The translations under genes and the position numbers were made by a program. The notes under the pieces are model-generated. The model was not told where the DNA came from. It saw only the letters and a list, made by a program, of their open reading frames with translations, and did not search any database. 64,000 nucleotides of DNA, taken from Eledone cirrhosa. Lineage: Eukaryota. The stretch lies in NCBI GenBank assembly GCA_964016885.1, contig OZ024744.1, forward strand, positions 67,704,001 to 67,768,000, given 5' to 3'. How positions within the stretch are numbered: the stretch's first letter is position 1; every line of letters begins with the position of its first letter. Below are positions 56,601 through 64,000 of the stretch, piece by piece.

Positions 56601-59600
56601 ACCACCATAGGCACTACAGTACATGCAACCCCCAACTAACAAGATAGACACTACAGTACATACAACACCACAACTACCAACATAGACACTACAGTACATA
56701 CAACACCACAACTACCAGCATAGACGCTACAGTACATACAACACCACAACTACCAACATAGACACTACAGTACATACAACACCACAACTACCAACATAGA
56801 CACTGCAGTACATACAACACCACAACTACCAACATAGACACTACAGTACATACAACACCACAACTACCAACATAGACACTACAGTACATACAACACCACA
56901 ACCACCATCATAGACACTACAGTACATACAACACCACAACCACCAACATAGACACTACAGTACATACAACACCACAACTACCAACATAGACACTACAGTA
57001 CATACAACACCACAACTACCAACATAGACACTACAGTACATACAACACCACAACTACCAACATAGACACTACAGTACATAAAACACCACAACTACCAACA
57101 TAGACACTACAGTACATACAACACCACAACCACCAACATAGACACTACAGTACATACAACACCACAACTACCAACATAGACACTACAGTACATACAACAC
57201 TTCAACTACCAACATAGACACTACAGTACCTACAACACCACAACTACCAACATAGACACTACAGTACATACAACACCACAACTACCACCATAGACACTAC
57301 AGTACATACAACACCACAACCACCAACATAGACACTACAGTACATACAACACTTCAACTACCAACATAGACACTACAGTACATACAACACCACAACTACC
57401 AACATAGACACTACAGTACATACAACACCACAACTACCACCATAGACACTACAGTACATACAACACCACAACCACCAACATAGGCACTACAGTACATACA
57501 ACACCACAACAACCACCATAGACACTACAGTACATACAACACCACAACTACCAACATAGACACTACAGTACATACACCACTACTACTACCAACATAGGCA
57601 CTACAGTACATACAACACCACAACTACCACCATAGACACTACAGTACATACAACACCACAACTACCAACATAGACACTACAGTACATACAACACCACAAC
57701 TGTCACCATAGACACTACAGTACATACACCACAACTAACAATATAGACACAACAGTACATACAACACCACAACTACCACCATAGGCACTATAGTACATAC
57801 AACCCCCAACTAACAGGATAGACACTACAGTACATACAACACCACAACTACCAACATAGACACTACAGTACATACAACACCACAACTACCAGCATAGACA
57901 CTACAGAATATACAACACCACAATTATCAACATAGGAACTACAGTACATACAACACCACAACTACCAACATAGACACTACAGTACAACACAACAACTACC
58001 AACATAGATGTTACAGTACATACAACGCCACAACTAGCAACATAGACACTACAGTACATACAACAACACAACTACCCTCATAGACACTACAGTACATACA
58101 ACACCACAACTACCATCATAGACACTACAGTACATACAACACTACAACTATCAACATAGGCACTACAGTACATACAACAGCACAACTACCAACATAGACA
58201 CTACAGTACATACAACACCACAACTACCACCATAGGCACTACAGTACATGCAACCCCCAACTAACAAGATAGACACTACAGTACATACAACACCACAACT
58301 ACCAACATAGACACTACAGTACATACAACACCACAACTACCAGCATAGACGCTACAGTACATACAACACCACAACTACCAACATAGACACTACAGTACAT
58401 ACAACACCACAACTACCAACATAGACACTACAGTACATACAACACCACAACTACCACCATAGGCACTATAGTACATACAACCCCCAACTAACAGGATAGA
58501 CACTACAGTACATACAACACCACAACTACCAACATAGACACTACAGTACATACAACACCACAACTACCAGCATAGACACTACAGAATATACAACACCACA
58601 ATTATCAACATAGGAACTACAGTACATACAACACCACAACTACCAACATAGACACTACAGTACAACACAACAACTACCAACATAGATGTTACAGTACATA
58701 CAACGCCACAACTAGCAACATAGACACTACAGTACATACAACAACACAACTACCATCATAGACACTACAGTGCATACAACACCACAACTACCATCATAGA
58801 CACTACAGTACATACAACACTACAACTATCAACATAGGCACTACAGTACATACAACACCACAACTACCAACATAGACACTACAGTACATACAACACCACA
58901 ACTACCACCATAGGCACTACAGTACATGCAACCCCCAACTAACAAGATAGACACTACAGTACATACAACACCACAACTACCAACATAGACACTACAGTAC
59001 ATACAACACCACAACTGCCAGCATAGACGCTACAGTACATACAACACCACAACTACCAACATAGACACTACAGTACATACAACACCACAACTACCAACAT
59101 AGACACTGCAGTACATACAACACCACAACTACCAACATAGACACTACAGTACATACAACACCACAACTACCAACATAGACACTACAGTACATACAACACC
59201 ACAACCACCATCATAGACACTACAGTACATACAACACCACAACCACCAACATAGACACTACAGTACATACAACACCACAACTACCAACATAGACACTACA
59301 GTACATACAACACCACAACTACCAACATAGACACTACAGTACATACAACACCACAACTACCAACATAGACACTACAGTACATAAAACACCACAACTACCA
59401 ACATAGACACTACAGTACATACAACACCACAACCACCAACATAGACACTACAGTACATACAACACCACAACTACCAACATAGACACTACAGTACATACAA
59501 CACTTCAACTACCAACATAGACACTACAGTACATACAACACCACAACTACCACCATAGACACTACAGTACATACAACACCACAACCACCAACATAGGCAC

Positions 59601-62600
59601 TACAGTACATACAACACCACAACAACCACCATAGACACTACAGTACATACAACACCACAACTACCAACATAGACACTACAGTACATACACCACTACTACT
59701 ACCAACATAGGCACTACAGTACATACAACACCACAACTACCACCATAGACACTACAGTACATACAACACCACAACTACCAACATAGACACTACAGTACAT
59801 ACAACACCACAACTGTCACCATAGACACTACAGTACATACACCACAACTAACAATATAGACACAACAGTACATACAACACCACAACTACCACCATAGGCA
59901 CTATAGTACATACAACCCCCAACTAACAGGATAGACACTACAGTACATACAACACCACAACTACCAACATAGACACTACAGTACATACAACACCACAACT
60001 ACCAGCATAGACACTACAGAATATACAACACCACAATTATCAACATAGGAACTACAGTACATACAACACCACAACTACCAACATAGACACTACAGTACAA
60101 CACAACAACTACCAACATAGATGTTACAGTACATACAACGCCACAACTAGCAACATAGACACTACAGTACATACAACAATACAACTACCATCATAGACAC
60201 TACAGTACATACAACACCACAACTACCATCATAGACACTACAGTACATACAACACTACAACTATCAACATAGGCACTACAGTACATACAACACCACAACT
60301 ACCAACATAGACACTACAATACATACAACACCACAACTACCACCATAGGCACTACAGTACATGCAACCCCCAACTAACAAGATAGACACTACAGTACATA
60401 CAACACCACAACTACCAACATAGACACTACAGTACATACAACACCACAACTACCAGCATAGACGCTACAGTACATACAACATCACAACTACCAACATAGA
60501 CACTACAGTACATACAACACCACAACTACCAACATAGACACTGCAGTACATACAACACCACAACTACCAACATAGACACTACAGTACATACAACACCACA
60601 ACTAACAACATAGTCATTACAGTACTTACAACAACACAACTACCAACATATACACTACCAACATGGGCACTACAGTACATACAACACCACAACTACCAAC
60701 ATAGACACTACAGTACATACAACAACACAACCACCATCATACACACTACAGTACATACAACACCACAACTACCAACATAGACACTACAGTACATACAACA
60801 CCACAACTACCAACATAGACACTACAGTACATACAACACCACAACTACCAACATAGACACTACAGTACATACAACACCACAACTACCAACATAGACACTA
60901 CAGTACATACAACACCACAACTACCACCATAGACACTACAGTACATACAACACCACAACCACCAACATAGACACTACAGTACTTACAACACCACAACTAA
61001 CAACATAGACACTACAGTACATACAACACCACAACTACCAACATAGACACTACAGTACATACAACACCACAACTACCAACATAGACACTACAGTACATAC
61101 AACACCACAACCACCATCATAGACACTACAGTACATACAACACCACAACCACCAACATAGACACTACAGTACATACAACACCACAACTACCAACATAGAC
61201 ACTACAGTACATACAACACCACAACTACCAACATAGACACTACAGTACATACAACACCACAACTACCAACATAGACACAACAGTACATAAAACACCACAA
61301 CTACCAACATAGACACTACAGTACATACAACACCACAACCACCAACATAGACACTACAGTACATACAACACCACAACTACCAACATAGACACTACAGTAC
61401 ATACAACACTTCAACTACCAACATAGACACTACAGTACATACAACACCACAACTACCAACATAGACACTACAGTACATACAACACCACAACTACCACCAT
61501 AGACACTACAGTACATACAACACCACAACCACCAACATAGACACTACAGTACATACAACACTTCAACTACCAACATAGACACTACAGTACATACAACACC
61601 ACAACTACCAACATAGACACTACAGTACATACAACACCACAACTACCACCATAGACACTACAGTACATACAACACCACAACTACCAACATAGACACTACA
61701 GTACATACAACACCACAACTGTCACCATAGACACTACAGTACATACACCAGAACTAACAATATAGACACAACAGTACATACAACACCACAACTACCACCA
61801 TAGGCACTATAGTACATACAACCCCCAACTAACAGGATAGACACTACAGTACATACAACACCACAACTACCAACATAGACACTACAGTACATACAACACC
61901 ACAACTACCAGCATAGACACTACAGAATATACAACACCACAATTATCAACATAGGAACTACAGTACATACAACACCACAACTACCAACATAGACACTACA
62001 GTACAACACAACAACTACCAACATAGATGTTACAGTACATACAACGCCACAACTAGCAACATAGACACTACAGTACATACAACAACACAACTACCATCAT
62101 AGACACTACAGTGCATACAACACCACAACTACCATCATAGACACTACAGTACATACAACACTACAACTATCAACATAGGCACTACAGTACATACAACACC
62201 ACAACTACCAACATAGACACTACAGTACATACAACACCACAACTACCACCATAGGCACTACAGTACATGCAACCCCCAACTAACAAGATAGACACTACAG
62301 TACATACAACACCACAACTACCAACATAGACACTACAGTACATACAACACCACAACTACCAGCATAGACGCTACAGTACATACAACACCACAACTACCAA
62401 CATAGACACTACAGTACATACAACACCACAACTACCAACATAGACACTGCAGTACATACAACACCACAACTACCAACATAGACACTACAGTACATACAAC
62501 ACCACAACTACCAACATAGACACTACAGTACATACAACACCACAACCACCATCATAGACACTACAGTACATACAACACCACAACCACCAACATAGACACT

Positions 62601-64000
62601 ACAGTACATACAACACCACAACTACCAACATAGACACTACAGTACATACAACACCACAACTACCAACATAGACACTACAGTACATACAACACCACAACTA
62701 CCAACATAGACACTACAGTACATAAAACACCACAACTACCAACATAGACACTACAGTACATACAACACCACAACCACCAACATAGACACTACAGTACATA
62801 CAACACCACAACTACCAACATAGACACTACAGTACATACAACACTTCAACTACCAACATAGACACTACAGTACATACAACACCACAACTACCAACATAGA
62901 CACTACAGTACATACAACACCACAACTACCACCATAGACACTACAGTACATACAACACCACAACCACCAACATAGACACTACAGTACATACAACACTTCA
63001 ACTACCAACATAGACACTACAGTACATACAACACCACAACTACCAACATAGACACTACAGTACATACAACACCACAACTACCACCATAGACACTACAGTA
63101 CATACAACACCACAACCACCAACATAGGCACTACAGTACATACAACACCACAACAACCACCATAGACACTACAGTACATACAACACCACAACTACCAACA
63201 TAGACACTACAGTACATACACCACTACTACTACCAACATAGGCACTACAGTACATACAACACCACAACTACCACCATAGACACTACAGTACATACAACAC
63301 CACAACTACCAACATAGACACTACAGTACATACAACACCACAACTGTCACCATAGACACTACAGTACATACACCACAACTAACAATATAGACACAACAGT
63401 ACATACAACACCACAACTACCACCATAGGCACTATAGTACATACAACCCCCAACTAACAGGATAGACACTACAGTACATACAACACCACAACTACCAACA
63501 TAGACACTACAGTACATACAACACCACAACTACCAGCATAGACACTACAGAATATACAACACCACAATTATCAACATAGGAACTACAGTACATACAACAC
63601 CACAACTACCAACATAGACACTACAGTACAACACAACAACTACCAACATAGATGTTACAGTACATACAACGCCACAACTAGCAACATAGACACTACAGTA
63701 CATACAACAACACAACTACCCTCATAGACACTACAGTACATACAACACCACAACTACCATCATAGACACTACAGTACATACAACACTACAACTATCAACA
63801 TAGGCACTACAGTACATACAACAGCACAACTACCAACATAGACACTACAGTACATACAACACCACAACTACCACCATAGGCACTACAGTACATGCAACCC
63901 CCAACTAACAAGATAGACACTACAGTACATACAACACCACAACTACCAACATAGACACTACAGTACATACAACACCACAACTACCAGCATAGACGCTACA
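41660..64000 (+). repeat. 38-bp satellite array (ACAACACCACAACTACCAACATAGACACTACAGTACAT), >22 kb, runs off the window
   Basis: Period of 38 bp verified (e.g. 52381 vs 52419); variant units recur at offsets 3057, 5416 and 5644. Confidence 0.98.

Noticed and set aside
41660-64000. CRISPR-like or mucin-like coding array
   Set aside because: Contiguous 38-bp units with no unique spacers; the period is not a multiple of 3 and stops are frequent; eukaryotic context.

Overview
Eukaryotic, repeat-saturated genomic DNA with no recognisable host gene. The dense (TA)n/(CA)n microsatellites and the SINE/LINE repertoire suggest a coleoid cephalopod (octopus-like); this is an inference. Bases 1-41.6k are a mosaic of (TA)n tracts, 5'-truncated RTE-clade LINEs with (GAT)n tails and a C4HC3 PHD-type finger inside the RT, an L1/Tx1 LINE, CR1- and CRE-like remnants, tRNA-derived SINEs, piggyBac/Tc1/hAT-type MITEs, a Helitron-like element and a 3.3-kb 49-51-bp satellite amplified from an RTE-type 3' UTR. 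Bases 41.66k-64k are a 38-bp satellite with kb-scale higher-order duplications. The main hidden signal is a cluster of minimal type I hammerhead ribozyme (HHR) motifs in short non-coding elements embedded in (TA)n. Eight motifs have an intact core and fall into about 7 dissimilar families, and there are several mutated or half copies. Most of these elements are integrated as divergent fold-back palindromes or as terminally redundant monomers, as expected for non-autonomous Penelope-like pLTR/retrozyme elements. All structures were read by eye; no folding, database search or cleavage assay was run.
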